The position numbers were made by a program, and so were the translations under genes. From positions 14,669-78,668 of the forward strand of contig DATEPG010000298.1 in NCBI GenBank assembly GCA_035273265.1: a DNA stretch of 64,000 nt, read 5' to 3'. Each line of letters opens with the position of its first letter. The stretch's first letter is position 1. Origin of the DNA: Polyangiaceae bacterium. GTDB lineage: Bacteria; Myxococcota_A; Polyangia; Polyangiales; Polyangiaceae. Below are positions 1 through 11,432 of this stretch, piece after piece. The notes under the pieces are model-generated. The model ran no database searches and was not told where the DNA came from. It saw only the letters and a list, made by a program, of their open reading frames with translations.

Positions 1-1452
1 GTGGTCGTTCCGCGAGAACTGATCACGCAGCGTGCTGCCGACATGCTGCAAATCGACGAAGCCCACGTCAGCGCGGCGCTCGATAAGTTGTGGGCATCCG
101 AGCGCGTGGTGATCGAAGAAGGCGGCGTCTATTTGAGCTGGCTACACGCGGCTGAAGTCGCGGTAGCGACGGGCGTCGCGCGGCTATTGCACAGTCCGGG
201 AGCGAGCCTGGGTGGGCTCGATGCCGCGCTGGCCGTCTTCGAGCAGGCGGCCAAGATCACGCTGGCAGCTGGCCAGCGTGCCGCAGTGGAAGCCGCCGCG
301 CAGCACAAAGTCGTCGTCATTACCGGCGGACCCGGTGTGGGAAAGACCACCATCGTGCGCGCCGTGCTGAACGTGCTCGGTCGCTCACGTTTGCGGGTCA
401 AGTTGGCCGCGCCGACGGGCCGCGCCGCCAAGCGGCTGAGTGAGTCGACCGGAATCGAGGCCAGTACGCTGCACCGCTTGCTCGCCTTCGACCCGCGTCA
501 AAACGATTTCCAACTCGGTTCAGACAATCCAATCGAGGCCGACGTGCTGATCGTCGACGAAGCATCGATGATCGACGTGCCGCTGGCGGCGGCACTGGTT
601 GCCGCGTTGCCCACGGCCGCACGCTTGATCATCGTTGGTGATTCGGACCAGCTGCCCTCGGTTGGCCCAGGCGCCTTCCTGCGCGACCTGATCGTCAGCG
701 GCGCGCTGCCCACGGTGCGTTTGAACGACATATTTCGGCAAGCCGGGGAGAGCCGCATCGTGCTCAACGCGCACCGTATTTTGAACGGTGAGATGCCCGA
801 AAGTGTCGACGCAGACTCGCCCAATGCGGATTTTTTCGTGGTCCCGCGCAAGACGCCGGAGGAGGCGGCGGAGCTGGTGCGCGAGCTGGTCGTGACCCGC
901 ATTCCGCGGCGCTTCGGCTTCGATCCGAGGCGCGATATCCAAGTGTTGACGCCCATGCATCGCGGGCCGGCCGGCACGATTGCGCTGAACGAGCTGCTTC
1001 AGGCCGCGTTGAATCCAGACGGTCCTGCGCTCGAGTCGCGCGGCCAAAAGCTGCGCCTGGGCGACAAGATCATGCAGACCAAGAACGACTACGAGCGCGA
1101 AGCCTTCAACGGTGACATTGGCGTGGTGACCGCGGTCGACACCGAGAACCGCAAGCTCACCGTGCGCTACGATCAGCGCGAAGTCGAGTACGACGACCCG
1201 AGCCTTTCTTCACTCACGCTCGCGTACGCGACCAGCATTCACAAGAGCCAAGGCAGTGAGTATCCAGCGGTGGTCATTCCACTGCTCACGGCGCACTTCG
1301 TGATGCTGTCCCGCAATCTGCTGTATACGGCCGTGACGCGTGCCAAAAAATTGTGCGTGCTGGCCGCCGATCCGCGGGCCATTCGCCTCGCTTTGGCCGA
1401 AACCCGCCGCGAAGAGCGCATGACTCGCTTGGCCGAGCGGCTGCGGCGCTAG
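1..1452 (+). CDS. recD2: ATP-dependent RecD-like DNA helicase (RecD2), 5'-partial
   Basis: Walker A GGPGVGKT, AAPTGRAAKRL, DEASM, GDSDQLPSVGPG, YATSIHKSQGSE and YTAVTRAK SF1B helicase motifs; ORF runs off the window start. Confidence 0.95.
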   Translation: MVVPRELITQRAADMLQIDEAHVSAALDKLWASERVVIEEGGVYLSWLHAAEVAVATGVARLLHSPGASLGGLDAALAVFEQAAKITLAAGQRAAVEAAAQHKVVVITGGPGVGKTTIVRAVLNVLGRSRLRVKLAAPTGRAAKRLSESTGIEASTLHRLLAFDPRQNDFQLGSDNPIEADVLIVDEASMIDVPLAAALVAALPTAARLIIVGDSDQLPSVGPGAFLRDLIVSGALPTVRLNDIFRQAGESRIVLNAHRILNGEMPESVDADSPNADFFVVPRKTPEEAAELVRELVVTRIPRRFGFDPRRDIQVLTPMHRGPAGTIALNELLQAALNPDGPALESRGQKLRLGDKIMQTKNDYEREAFNGDIGVVTAVDTENRKLTVRYDQREVEYDDPSLSSLTLAYATSIHKSQGSEYPAVVIPLLTAHFVMLSRNLLYTAVTRAKKLCVLAADPRAIRLALAETRREERMTRLAERLRR

Positions 1453-1788
1453 TCAGGGGGCGCTGCTCACCGCAAGATCCGCGACCTCCGTCGCGTTGTC
1501 GGGAGCGGCCACGACGCGGGTGACGGTCCCGCGTGCCGTCTCCGAACAATTGACTACGAGCTCTTTGCTCTGTGGATGATAGGTGACCGTGAGGACACCC
1601 CGCGTCGCGCGGCTGTCCGAGGAAGCCGCCGCTACGGTCGGGATATTCAGCTCAATAGTGAGCGCCCGAGCCGGCACGTCGAGGGTCAGCTCGGTACTCT
1701 CGGTGTGCAGTACTACCGCAATCGGTGCGCTCCCGGACCCAGCTGGCCGATCTGGCAGAGGAATTGCGTCTCGCAATTGGCCGGGCAA
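1453..1788 (-). CDS. Short hypothetical protein or gene remnant
   Basis: Only plausible ORF between recD2 and the DnaJ gene; TTG start, no recognisable motif. Confidence 0.3.
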   Translation of the reverse strand: MPGQLRDAIPLPDRPAGSGSAPIAVVLHTESTELTLDVPARALTIELNIPTVAAASSDSRATRGVLTVTYHPQSKELVVNCSETARGTVTRVVAAPDNATEVADLAVSSAP

Positions 1789-1857
1789 CGGCTAAGACTT
1801 GGCTTCGAAGGCGGTTCGAGTCCTGGGCGTCCATTCACTTTCGAGGATTGAAGCGAG

Positions 1858-3357
1858 ATGGTTCGGGAAGACTCAACCGTTGGAGAAGGCGTTCGCGATA
1901 GCGCCCTGACCCTCGTCAGCGGCGTCAAGGTGCGCGAGCTCCCGATCGGTCCTAGCGAAGCATTCGTGCTGTCGCGCGTGGACGGCGCGACCACGAAGGC
2001 CGATCTCGTGACCTCTACCGGCTTCACGGCCGAGGAAATCGAGAGCATCGTCGTCCGACTGATGCTGCTCGGTGCCATCGAGTTCGTCGATCTCACCTCC
2101 AGGGTCACGGCCACCCAGTCGGCCACGCAGCGCTCCGGTTCGCACTCAATCCCGCGCGTGGGTCGCTCCGATGGCGCGGCTCACCTCAGCTTGGAACAGC
2201 AGCGTCGGCTCTTGCAGCTCGATCAGCAGCACTCGTCGCTCGATCATTATCAGCTGCTCGGCATCGAGCCGAGCGCGGACGCGAAGGCCATTCGCGCGGC
2301 CTACTACGAGCTCGTGCGCGTGTATCACCCCGATCGCCATTTCGGTAAACAGCTCGGGGAGCTCGAGGCGCCGCTCGTGCGCGTGTTCGGCAAGTTCAGT
2401 GAAGCCTACGAAGTGCTGCATCGTGCTGCGACGCGCGCGGAATACGACCGCTACCTCGGCGCGCGCCAGCGCACGGTCGACTTCGATCGCTACTTTCAAG
2501 ATACGCCGGGCACATCCGTAGCGCCGGCCTCCGGCCCACCCGCTGCGCTCAGCTCGTCCTCCGTAGCGCCGACCTCCGGCCCACCCGCTGCGCTCAGCTC
2601 GTCGTCCGTACCGCCCGCCTCTGGGCTACGGGAGCCGCGAGCTCAGGACAGCCTAGTGCGTCCTTCTTCTTCGACACCGCCGAGTGATCCCGACGCTCGA
2701 AGGCGCGCGCTGGCGCGCAAGCTCGGTCATTCATCGCTGCCCCCTTCGCCGCCATCCCAGCAAATCCCCGCGTTGAGTGAGGCTGCCCGCGCCGCGGAGG
2801 AGCTCCGGCGGCGCTACCAGCAGCACATGACGTCTGCGCGCGAGGAGCAAATCAACCACTACCTTGCCCTTTCCGCGGAAGCGGCCGCGCACAATGACCT
2901 GGTGGCGGCTGCCAACACGCTGCGCATCGCCTGCTCGCTGGCTCCCGACAACTTGGAGCTCGCCGGGGACCTCGCCGAGCTCGAGCGGCGCGCGGCCGAG
3001 AGCCTCTGGGAGTCCTACCTCGACCGTGCGAAATACGCGGCGGTCGAAGGCAACCACGCGGAGGCGGCAGAATCCTACGAGCGCGCCGCCCTCGGACAAC
3101 CCAGCGCCCCCCTGTTCGAACGCGCCGCCCACTACACGCTCGAGGCCAATGGCGACCTGCGAAAAGCCAACCAGCTCGCCAAGCGCGCGGTAGCGCTCGC
3201 GCCGAACAGCGCCAAATGCCGGCTCACCCTCGCGCGCGTCTACTTTGCCGCCAATCTCCACGAAAGCGCTCTGGCCGAGCTCGAGCGCGCCCGCGCAATC
3301 GAACCAAACCAGCCACTCTTGAAAGATTGGATCGCGCGCGTAAAACGCGGCGAATAG
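1858..3357 (+). CDS. DnaJ-domain and TPR protein
   Basis: J-domain DHYQLLG...YHPDR...AYEVL, Pro/Ser linker, C-terminal TPR-like helical repeats. Confidence 0.9.
   Translation: MVREDSTVGEGVRDSALTLVSGVKVRELPIGPSEAFVLSRVDGATTKADLVTSTGFTAEEIESIVVRLMLLGAIEFVDLTSRVTATQSATQRSGSHSIPRVGRSDGAAHLSLEQQRRLLQLDQQHSSLDHYQLLGIEPSADAKAIRAAYYELVRVYHPDRHFGKQLGELEAPLVRVFGKFSEAYEVLHRAATRAEYDRYLGARQRTVDFDRYFQDTPGTSVAPASGPPAALSSSSVAPTSGPPAALSSSSVPPASGLREPRAQDSLVRPSSSTPPSDPDARRRALARKLGHSSLPPSPPSQQIPALSEAARAAEELRRRYQQHMTSAREEQINHYLALSAEAAAHNDLVAAANTLRIACSLAPDNLELAGDLAELERRAAESLWESYLDRAKYAAVEGNHAEAAESYERAALGQPSAPLFERAAHYTLEANGDLRKANQLAKRAVALAPNSAKCRLTLARVYFAANLHESALAELERARAIEPNQPLLKDWIARVKRGE
2515..2625 (+). repeat. 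45-bp in-frame tandem repeat (about 2.5 copies)
   Basis: TCCGTAGCGCCG(G/A)CCTCCGGCCCACCCGCTGCGCTCAGCTCGTC(C/G) at 2515 and 2560, partial copy at 2605; encodes SVAPxSGPPAALSSS. Confidence 0.9.
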
Positions 3358-3365
3358 CCGAGGAG

Positions 3366-3418
3366 CGGGAGCGACCCTCGCCGGCCGCCTGCGTCGGCGC
3401 CCCTCGGCGACGGAGCCG
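3366..3418 (+). repeat. Intergenic REP-like repeat, copy 1
   Basis: CGGGAGCGACCCTCGCCGGCCGCCTGCGTCGGCGCCCCTCGGCGACGGAGCCG; recurs at 5450-5502 (direct) and 5277-5319 (inverted). Confidence 0.85.
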
Positions 3419-3542
3419 AGTCGGAACTCGAGAGGTCATCGACCACGGGCAACCGAGCTTTTGGGTTCTCGTAGACTCCTGGTTTGCACTCACCGGAAGT
3501 CGTAAGTAGTCTCGCTCGGGAGCGGCGGCAGGACTCAATGAA

Positions 3543-4643
<1,101 letters not shown>

Positions 4644-4663
4644 ACACCTTCAAAGAGGCATTC

Positions 4664-5134
4664 ATGGGTATGCAGCTCAATCTCGGGGACCACATCGCCA
4701 AGGACCGCGCATTGATTGCCATTCCGAGCGAGTATCGGGCGGACGCGCGGTGGGCGCGCAGCCAAGCCAGGGCTATCTCGTACAGCAAAGCGGGCGCCAA
4801 CGTGTATTTTCGCAGCCTGCCCGGTAAACGAACGCTCACCGGACTTCTGGAGGACCGCTCGATCTGGGTGAGCTACACCACGAGCCCGGTGATGGGCTCT
4901 TACTACCTCCTCGGTAATTTTCACGAAATTGGCCTCGGCTACTATGCCTTCCGCGCGGGTCGGCGCACCCTGCTCGGCGTACTGATTCATGAGCTGGCCC
5001 ACGCGAATGGCGCTCCAGACACGACCTCCCAAGCCGAAGACGCACTGGTGCACTGCGGCCTGGGAACCCTGGCAGAACTCAAGTCCGGTGTGGACGATCC
5101 GAGCACGCCGTATCTTCCACGCTACAAAGGGTGA
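4664..5134 (+). CDS. Small HEXXH zinc-metallopeptidase-like protein
   Basis: GVLIHELAH zincin motif; AAGAGG upstream of the ATG. Confidence 0.7.
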   Translation: MGMQLNLGDHIAKDRALIAIPSEYRADARWARSQARAISYSKAGANVYFRSLPGKRTLTGLLEDRSIWVSYTTSPVMGSYYLLGNFHEIGLGYYAFRAGRRTLLGVLIHELAHANGAPDTTSQAEDALVHCGLGTLAELKSGVDDPSTPYLPRYKG

Positions 5135-5153
5135 GCTTGAAAGCTGCGGCGAT

Positions 5154-5253
5154 TGGCGACCTGCGAAAAGCCAACCCGCTCGCCGAGCGCGCAGTAGCCA
5201 TTCTTGAAAAATCGGATCGCGCGCGTGAAATGCGGCGGATAGCCGAGGAGCGG
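5154..5253 (+). repeat. Degenerate, internally deleted copy of the 3' end of the DnaJ-TPR gene
   Basis: 5154-5198 matches 3150-3194 and 5196-5253 matches 3311-3368, including the stop codon region. Confidence 0.85.
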
Positions 5254-5276
5254 AGGAGCGGAGCGGAGCCGAGGAG

Positions 5277-5502
5277 CCGAGGGGCGCCGACGTAGGCGGC
5301 GGGCGAGGTTGAGCTCCCGCCGCATCGCCCACCAGCCGAGCGTATTCAAGCCCAGAGGGCGAGCGCTCTATCGAGCTGCACCTGACGCCGAAGGCCCCCT
5401 GCCGCCCTCGTTACCCATCAGGCGGCGCTTCCGCGACTCCGCCCGAGAGCGGGAGCGACCCTCGTCCGCCGCCTGCGTCGGCGCCCTGCGGCGACGGAGC
5501 CG
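5277..5502. repeat. Inverted pair of REP-like repeats (MITE/REPIN-like arrangement)
   Basis: 5277-5319 is the approximate reverse complement of 5450-5492, with about 130 bp between the arms. Confidence 0.75.
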
Positions 5503-5543
5503 CACCTGAGCGTTCGCCCATCGAGAACGGGGGAGCGCGAGCG

Positions 5544-6641
5544 TCAGCGGCTGTTGGGATCGCCGTTTGGTTTTTTCAGGCGGACCCCGGGCGCCAGGCC
5601 CGAGAGCACTTCCACGTTGATACCATCCGACAGGCCGAGCTTGATCTCGCGGCGCTCGAAGTGCTGAGGCTTGGTCTCGACTTCGACGTAGGTCATGCCC
5701 TTGTCGAACGTGACCACGCTTTCGTTGATGGTCAGCACGTGGTCCTTGCGTTCGAGGATGATGTCTGCGTTCGCGCTGTAGTTGGCGCGGATCATCACGC
5801 CTTCCTTCAGCCGCAGCGCGGCTTTGACTTCGAACTCGATAGTTCCGTCTTTTTCCACGCCTTTTGGTGCAATGTACTCCAGCGTGCCCTCGAAGCGCTC
5901 ACTGCCCAAAGCGCCGACGGCGATTGCCACGGGCATGCCCACTCGGATCTTTCCGACCTCGGACTCATCGACTCTGCCTTGGAAAATCATGTCGCTCATG
6001 TCTGCCACCGACGCGATCGTGGTGCCTTCGTTGAAGGTGTTGGCTTCGATCACCGACGTGCCGACTTTGACCGGCACATCCAAGACCGTGCCCTCGACCG
6101 TGGAGATCACCACGTTGGTGACACGCGTGGACTTCTTCGAACTGCCTTGGATCAGCAGATCCCGATTGCTCTCGGCGGCGTCCAGCTCGGCTTTGCGCAG
6201 TTTGGCGGCCAGTTGATACTGATTGAACTCGGTCTGCGAGATCAGACTCTGCGAGAACAGCTGCCGAAAGCGTTCGGCCTCGGCGGTGGCACTTTGAAAG
6301 CTGATTTGGGCCGAGCGCACCTTGGCCTCGGCAGTGTCGACCTGGACCATGTTGGGCATGATGCGGACCTTGGCCACGAGCGCGCCCGGCTTCAGGTTCT
6401 GTCCGGGTTCGATCAAAAGCTTCTCGATCACGCCCGAAACGCGCGGCTTGATCGTCACCTCCCGGCGAGGCACGAGTGCGCCGGGCGCCACGGTCTTCTT
6501 CACGATGTCCGCCGTGACCGGCAGCACGGTTTGATGAACGATCGGCTGAGCCTCGGACTTTCGGTACAAGAAAATCAGCGTTGCCACGAACGCGGCAAAC
6601 ACCGAGATGCTGATCAGGACGGGAAGGGCTCGGCGGATCAT
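5544..6641 (-). CDS. Efflux periplasmic adaptor (MacA/HlyD family)
   Basis: N-terminal TM anchor, IKPRVSGVI lipoyl half-motif, coiled hairpin, VDESEVGKI; start MIRRAL at 6641 overlaps the upstream stop (ATGA). Confidence 0.92.
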   Translation of the reverse strand: MIRRALPVLISISVFAAFVATLIFLYRKSEAQPIVHQTVLPVTADIVKKTVAPGALVPRREVTIKPRVSGVIEKLLIEPGQNLKPGALVAKVRIMPNMVQVDTAEAKVRSAQISFQSATAEAERFRQLFSQSLISQTEFNQYQLAAKLRKAELDAAESNRDLLIQGSSKKSTRVTNVVISTVEGTVLDVPVKVGTSVIEANTFNEGTTIASVADMSDMIFQGRVDESEVGKIRVGMPVAIAVGALGSERFEGTLEYIAPKGVEKDGTIEFEVKAALRLKEGVMIRANYSANADIILERKDHVLTINESVVTFDKGMTYVEVETKPQHFERREIKLGLSDGINVEVLSGLAPGVRLKKPNGDPNSR

Positions 6642-7888
6642 TCGGCTCTCAGGGCCTCGATGGGCTGGACTCGAGCGGCCAGCCGCGCCGGTACGATCCC
6701 TGCCACGGCGCCCGCGACAATCAAGACCAAGACCGCGGTGAGTGCGACCTGCAGGCTGATTTCTGGCTGACTGAGCGGCGCGTTCGGTACGCGCGCGACC
6801 GCGCGCCCGACCGCTTCCAACCCGAATACACCAGCCACGACTCCCGAGTAGCCGGAAAGGCTGGTGAGTAGCAGCCCTTCCGCGACGATCAACGAAATGA
6901 TCGAGAACGGAGTGGCGCCCAGCGCTTTTCGAACGCCAATCTCTTTCGTTCGTTCTTTGACTATGATTAGCAAAATGTTGCTCACACCCAGCATGCCCGC
7001 GAAAAGCGTGAGCGTGCCCACGAACCACACGAACCGGCGAATGCCCCGAAATAGTCCCTGAAGCTGCTCGAACTTCTGGGCAGCGTTGAAGGAGCCGAGC
7101 GCTTCGGAGTCACGCGGATCGACGCGGTGGCCCTTCATGATCGCGCCCCGCACGTTTTCTTCCACGAGCGCCGCCGGCTGATCGCGCTGCGCGGTGAGCG
7201 CGAACCAACCCACTTTGTCCTTTTGATTGAAGGCGGTTTGAAACGTGGAAAAGGGCACGTACACGCTGGATAAGATCTTTTGCGCATCGTCGCCACTCTT
7301 CTGCGTGCCTACCACGCCCACGACCTGGAAATAGACGCGCTTGATTTGCACGTATTTGCCGATCGGATCTTGCGTTCCGAACAAAGTCTGGTGCGCCTCT
7401 TGGCCGAGCACCACCACCTTGCGTTCTTCGGCCATGTCACGCGGATTGATGAAGCGCCCGTAGCTCAAGATCAGCGGCTCGACGAACGAAAATTGTGGAC
7501 TGTCGCCCATCACGGTAAAGGCGGCCTTCTTGGCTCCGTAGCTGACCACTTGCGGGCCGCGCCAGTTGCCGAGCTGCAGGCGCGGCGCCACGTGTTCGAC
7601 TCCTGGCGTGCGCGCGACGGCAGCGATGTCCGCGTCGTTCAGACGCACGTAGCGGCCGGGCTGAAGCCCCTTGAACGGCAACGAAGTGCGCTGCGGCCAA
7701 ACATAGACGCTGTAGTTCGTCAGCCCGCTCAGGTTGCGGATCACTCCGCGCTCCAAGCCGTTGCCGATGCCTAGCATCAGGATCAACATGAACACGCCCC
7801 AGAACACGCCGAGCGCGGTCAAAAATGCGCGCAGCTTGTTCTCGCGCAGGGTCGCCCAGACCTCCTGCCAAGTGTCCCAATCAAGCAC
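6638..7888 (-). CDS. ABC transporter permease (MacB/FtsX family)
   Basis: LRAFLTALGV, VKERTKEIGVRKALGA, PARLAARVQPIEALRAE. Confidence 0.95.
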   Translation of the reverse strand: MLDWDTWQEVWATLRENKLRAFLTALGVFWGVFMLILMLGIGNGLERGVIRNLSGLTNYSVYVWPQRTSLPFKGLQPGRYVRLNDADIAAVARTPGVEHVAPRLQLGNWRGPQVVSYGAKKAAFTVMGDSPQFSFVEPLILSYGRFINPRDMAEERKVVVLGQEAHQTLFGTQDPIGKYVQIKRVYFQVVGVVGTQKSGDDAQKILSSVYVPFSTFQTAFNQKDKVGWFALTAQRDQPAALVEENVRGAIMKGHRVDPRDSEALGSFNAAQKFEQLQGLFRGIRRFVWFVGTLTLFAGMLGVSNILLIIVKERTKEIGVRKALGATPFSIISLIVAEGLLLTSLSGYSGVVAGVFGLEAVGRAVARVPNAPLSQPEISLQVALTAVLVLIVAGAVAGIVPARLAARVQPIEALRAE

Positions 7889-9116
7889 GCAGCGCCTCCA
7901 TGGGGCTGATGCTGGCGGCGTGCCGCGCCGGAAAAAAACCAGCCAAAGCGCCGCAGAATGCCAACACGCAGCTTGCCAGCAAGGCGACCGACAAATCCAC
8001 GTCCGGCTGGCGCATGTAGGGCACGTCCTTCAGGAAGCGCGCGGCCAACTCGACCAAAAAAATGCCCCAGAGCAACCCGGTATAGCCGGCAACCGAAGTC
8101 ACGATGATGGCCTCCCCCACGACCAATGAAATGATCGACCAGGGCGTCGCGCCGAGCGCTTTCCGGATGCCAATCTCGCGCGTTCGCTCTTTGACGGAGA
8201 TCAACATGATGTTGCTCACTCCGACGATGCCCGCGAGCAAGGTGCCGATGCCCACGATCCACACGAACGCCTTGAGCCAGACGAACACGCTGTTCACGCG
8301 TTCGAACTGCTCGACGTTGTTTTGCACGCGCAGGGCCTGTCGGTCGTCGGGCGAAACTCCATGCCGTGCCGCCACGAAGCGCGTCACCTGCTCGGCCAGC
8401 TGCCGGCTCTCTCCCAAATTGGCGTTGCCGATCGTGAACATGATTTGATGCAACCGCCCGGGTTGGCTGTACAAGAGCTGCGCGGTCGTGATGGGTACAT
8501 AGATTTTCTTCAGCTCCGCCTCACCACCCACGTCCTCGAACACGCCCACGACTTTGTACGACAAGCCGCGAATGTTCAGGTATTCGCCCAGCGCTGGCTT
8601 CTTACCGAACAAGAAGCTGACTACCTTGCTGCCGATCACGCACACCTTGCGCCGCTGCTCGATGTCCGCATCGTTCAGGAAGCGACCTTGCGTGATGATG
8701 GTCTTTTCGAGGTATTGGTGCCCCGGGTGCGTGCCGCGCATGTCGAACGCGGCGTGCTTTGCGCCGTAGCTCGCCGTAAATTCTCCCCACATGTAAAATC
8801 GGCCCGAGATGTGGTCGATACTCGGAAAATTGCGGGCTAGGGCTTCGTAGTCGTCGTTCATCAACCGCACTTCGCGGCCCGGGCCGCGGCCCGCGAACGG
8901 GCGCGAGGTCTTGCCCGGGTAGATGAAGAGCGAGTTTACCGCGTCGTCTCGGAACTCGTAGGCAGCGCCGTTTTCTAGTCCTCGTCCCGCGCCGAGGAGC
9001 ACGACCAACATCAACATTCCCCAGGCCACGCTGAGCGCCGTCAACGCCGTGCGCAGCCGGTTGCGCGAGAGCGTGGCGAAGATCTCTTGCAGAGCGTCGG
9101 TCCCGGGTAGCACCAC
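7881..9116 (-). CDS. ABC transporter permease (MacB/FtsX family)
   Basis: LRTALTAL, VKERTREIGIRKALGA, PARHAASISPMEALR. Confidence 0.95.
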   Translation of the reverse strand: MVLPGTDALQEIFATLSRNRLRTALTALSVAWGMLMLVVLLGAGRGLENGAAYEFRDDAVNSLFIYPGKTSRPFAGRGPGREVRLMNDDYEALARNFPSIDHISGRFYMWGEFTASYGAKHAAFDMRGTHPGHQYLEKTIITQGRFLNDADIEQRRKVCVIGSKVVSFLFGKKPALGEYLNIRGLSYKVVGVFEDVGGEAELKKIYVPITTAQLLYSQPGRLHQIMFTIGNANLGESRQLAEQVTRFVAARHGVSPDDRQALRVQNNVEQFERVNSVFVWLKAFVWIVGIGTLLAGIVGVSNIMLISVKERTREIGIRKALGATPWSIISLVVGEAIIVTSVAGYTGLLWGIFLVELAARFLKDVPYMRQPDVDLSVALLASCVLAFCGALAGFFPARHAASISPMEALRA

Positions 9117-9776
9117 TTAGGTCACCGCGCCGTCTTTCATCCGGATCACCCGGTCCGTGCGCTGGGCGATGTCATGCTCGTGGGTGACGATCACGATCGT
9201 CATGCCGGTCTGGTTGACGCTGCGGAACAGGTCCATCAACTGGTAGGAGGTGGCGGTATCGAGCGCGCCGGTGGGCTCGTCCGCCAAGATCAACTCCGGC
9301 TTGGTGATCAGGGCACGCGCAACGGCGACGCGTTGCCGCTCACCACCGGAGAGCTCGTTCGGCAGATGACTGGCGCGCGCCAAAAGGCCCACACGATCCA
9401 GGTACTCGAGGGCAATCCGGTTGCGCGTGCGGCGGGCCACGCCCTGATAGTAGAGGGGTAAGGCAACATTCTCCTGAGCGGTCTTGAAGCCAAGCAGGTT
9501 GAATGACTGAAAGACGAAGCCGATGAAACGGTTTCGGTAGTGGGCAGCTTCGCGCTCGGACAGCGCCCGGACCAGGCGATCGCCCAGGTAGTAGGCTCCG
9601 GTGTCGTAGTCGTCCAGGATGCCCAAGATGTTGAGCAAGGTGCTCTTGCCCGACCCGGACGAGCCCATGATCGACACCAGCTCGCCGCGCTCGACCCGTA
9701 GATTGACATCGCGCAGCACGTGCAGCGCCGTCTCGCCGCCGCGATACGACTTATTGAGCTGCTCGAGGCGGATCAT
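9117..9776 (-). CDS. ABC transporter ATP-binding protein (LolD/MacB-type)
   Basis: [27 protein letters not shown]; start MIRLEQ at 9776. Confidence 0.95.
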   Translation of the reverse strand: MIRLEQLNKSYRGGETALHVLRDVNLRVERGELVSIMGSSGSGKSTLLNILGILDDYDTGAYYLGDRLVRALSEREAAHYRNRFIGFVFQSFNLLGFKTAQENVALPLYYQGVARRTRNRIALEYLDRVGLLARASHLPNELSGGERQRVAVARALITKPELILADEPTGALDTATSYQLMDLFRSVNQTGMTIVIVTHEHDIAQRTDRVIRMKDGAVT

Positions 9777-9865
9777 CGACCGCGCAGCATAGCAGCTGTC
9801 TGCTCCAGTCCAGGCCAGGCCGGCCCGGCCTGCGCCGTCCAGCCCATCCGAGGGCCAGCCGCGTG

Positions 9866-11362
9866 TCAGTTGATCTGAAAGCTCTTCGAAACCGTGACAG
9901 AAGAGCCGCTGAACGGCGGCACGTGCGCTCGGCGAAACACGGACGCGACGCAACCGCCGACTCCCGTGCCGGCGTAGGACCCGCCAGCGACGGTCGCGGT
10001 CGTGACGCGGCCGCTCGGGGCGAAGGTGACCGTGGCCTTACCGGGGCCCGTCGGACCGCCGGGCTTCTTGCAACTACCGGCCGAAGCGGCTGCTGCGCCG
10101 AGCGCAGAGATTGCCGAGGCCTTGCTGAAGGGCTGAGCATCCGCCGGCGGCGGCGCGTCTTCTTTGGGCTTTTTCGTCGTCGTGCCGACCGTCCCTTGTG
10201 CCACTGGCTTGGCGGTCGCCGCTGCGCTGGCGCTGGGCGCTGCGCTGGCGGTGGGTGCTGCGCTGGCGGTCTCGGCCGGCTTGGCCGGCTCCTCCTTCTT
10301 GGGTTCTTCGGTCGGCTTCTCGGCCACCGGTACGGCGCTGGCGCTGGGCATGGCCGAGTTGTCTGCCGTGGCGCCGCTGTCGCCCTTCTTGCCCAAGAGC
10401 AGGGCGAGCAAGAGTCCGATGATCACCACGCCGCCGACGCCGCCGACGATGTACACGAGCTTGTTGGGCTTCGCCGCGTACGGCGCGGGCATGGCGCCAG
10501 CGACGAACGGAGCCGGCACGGGTACCACTGGCGGGGGAGGCGGTGCCGGCGCGGTCATCAGCGCCTGATTGTCCGCCCCGAATAGCGCCCCACTGCCACC
10601 CATCAGACCCGCGGCTGCACTCATCCCGAACGGATCATCCGGATTGGACGGCTGCTGCGGGCGCGCGGCGCCGGGGCCTCCTTTGGTGGGGACCTTGGCG
10701 GCTGGCTTGGCAGCGCTCGGTGCGCTCGGTGAGAAGCCCGCCTTCAACGCATCGAGCGAGAACAACACGGAATTTTCGTTGCGCGCGCCGGTGAGCTTGC
10801 CGTCGTCGTAGGCGCTGCTGCCCGCCTGCGGGATATTCGGCGCGTTGGAGCCGACGTCTTCTTCGGAGCCTGCGCTGTCGAGGCTGCCGAACAGGTCTTG
10901 AGTATTGGGCTGGGCGGCGTGCGTGGTGGCGGCGGGGCGCGACGCCTGCGTGGCCTGATTGGGCGAGTTGAACAGCGGCATGCCACCGCGCGCGCCCGCA
11001 ACAGGCGGGCTTGCCAGAAGCGGAGCTAGCTCGGAATCCAAAAGCGGCACCCAATCGGCCATGCCGTCCTTCCAGACGAAGGCGTCTGACGTGACTACCC
11101 CCGAGGCATACGCGGCCACGATTTCTTCGGTGCTCATCGTGCGCGAGTCGGTGTCGCTCAGATTTACGGACCAGGTCACGGGCGCCTCGGCTTCGAGTGC
11201 AACATCAGTCTCGGCATCGGAATTACTCGGTACCCCACCATTTTGTCCGTCTACTACGATCGGGGTACCGCAACCTTTGCAGCGGATCTTGACTCGTCTA
11301 CCCCGAACTTTGTCGTCAGCGATCGTGTATTTGGCGCCACACGCCTCGCAGGCTATCTTCAT
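9866..11362 (-). CDS. Zinc-ribbon, GYF_2, TM and TonB-C-like protein (AgmX/GltJ-like)
   Basis: MKIACEACGAKY..IRCKGC zinc ribbon, VWKDGMADWVPL GYF_2 motif, ARNENSVLFSL, single TM, C-terminal VTFAPSGRV..CVASVF. Confidence 0.85.
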   Translation of the reverse strand: MKIACEACGAKYTIADDKVRGRRVKIRCKGCGTPIVVDGQNGGVPSNSDAETDVALEAEAPVTWSVNLSDTDSRTMSTEEIVAAYASGVVTSDAFVWKDGMADWVPLLDSELAPLLASPPVAGARGGMPLFNSPNQATQASRPAATTHAAQPNTQDLFGSLDSAGSEEDVGSNAPNIPQAGSSAYDDGKLTGARNENSVLFSLDALKAGFSPSAPSAAKPAAKVPTKGGPGAARPQQPSNPDDPFGMSAAAGLMGGSGALFGADNQALMTAPAPPPPPVVPVPAPFVAGAMPAPYAAKPNKLVYIVGGVGGVVIIGLLLALLLGKKGDSGATADNSAMPSASAVPVAEKPTEEPKKEEPAKPAETASAAPTASAAPSASAAATAKPVAQGTVGTTTKKPKEDAPPPADAQPFSKASAISALGAAAASAGSCKKPGGPTGPGKATVTFAPSGRVTTATVAGGSYAGTGVGGCVASVFRRAHVPPFSGSSVTVSKSFQIN

Positions 11363-11432
11363 CGCGGCGCGACCTTAGCAAACTCTGCATAGCCGAAGCT
11401 ACTTCGGCGGCTTTCGCCAGGCTGACGCGCGT

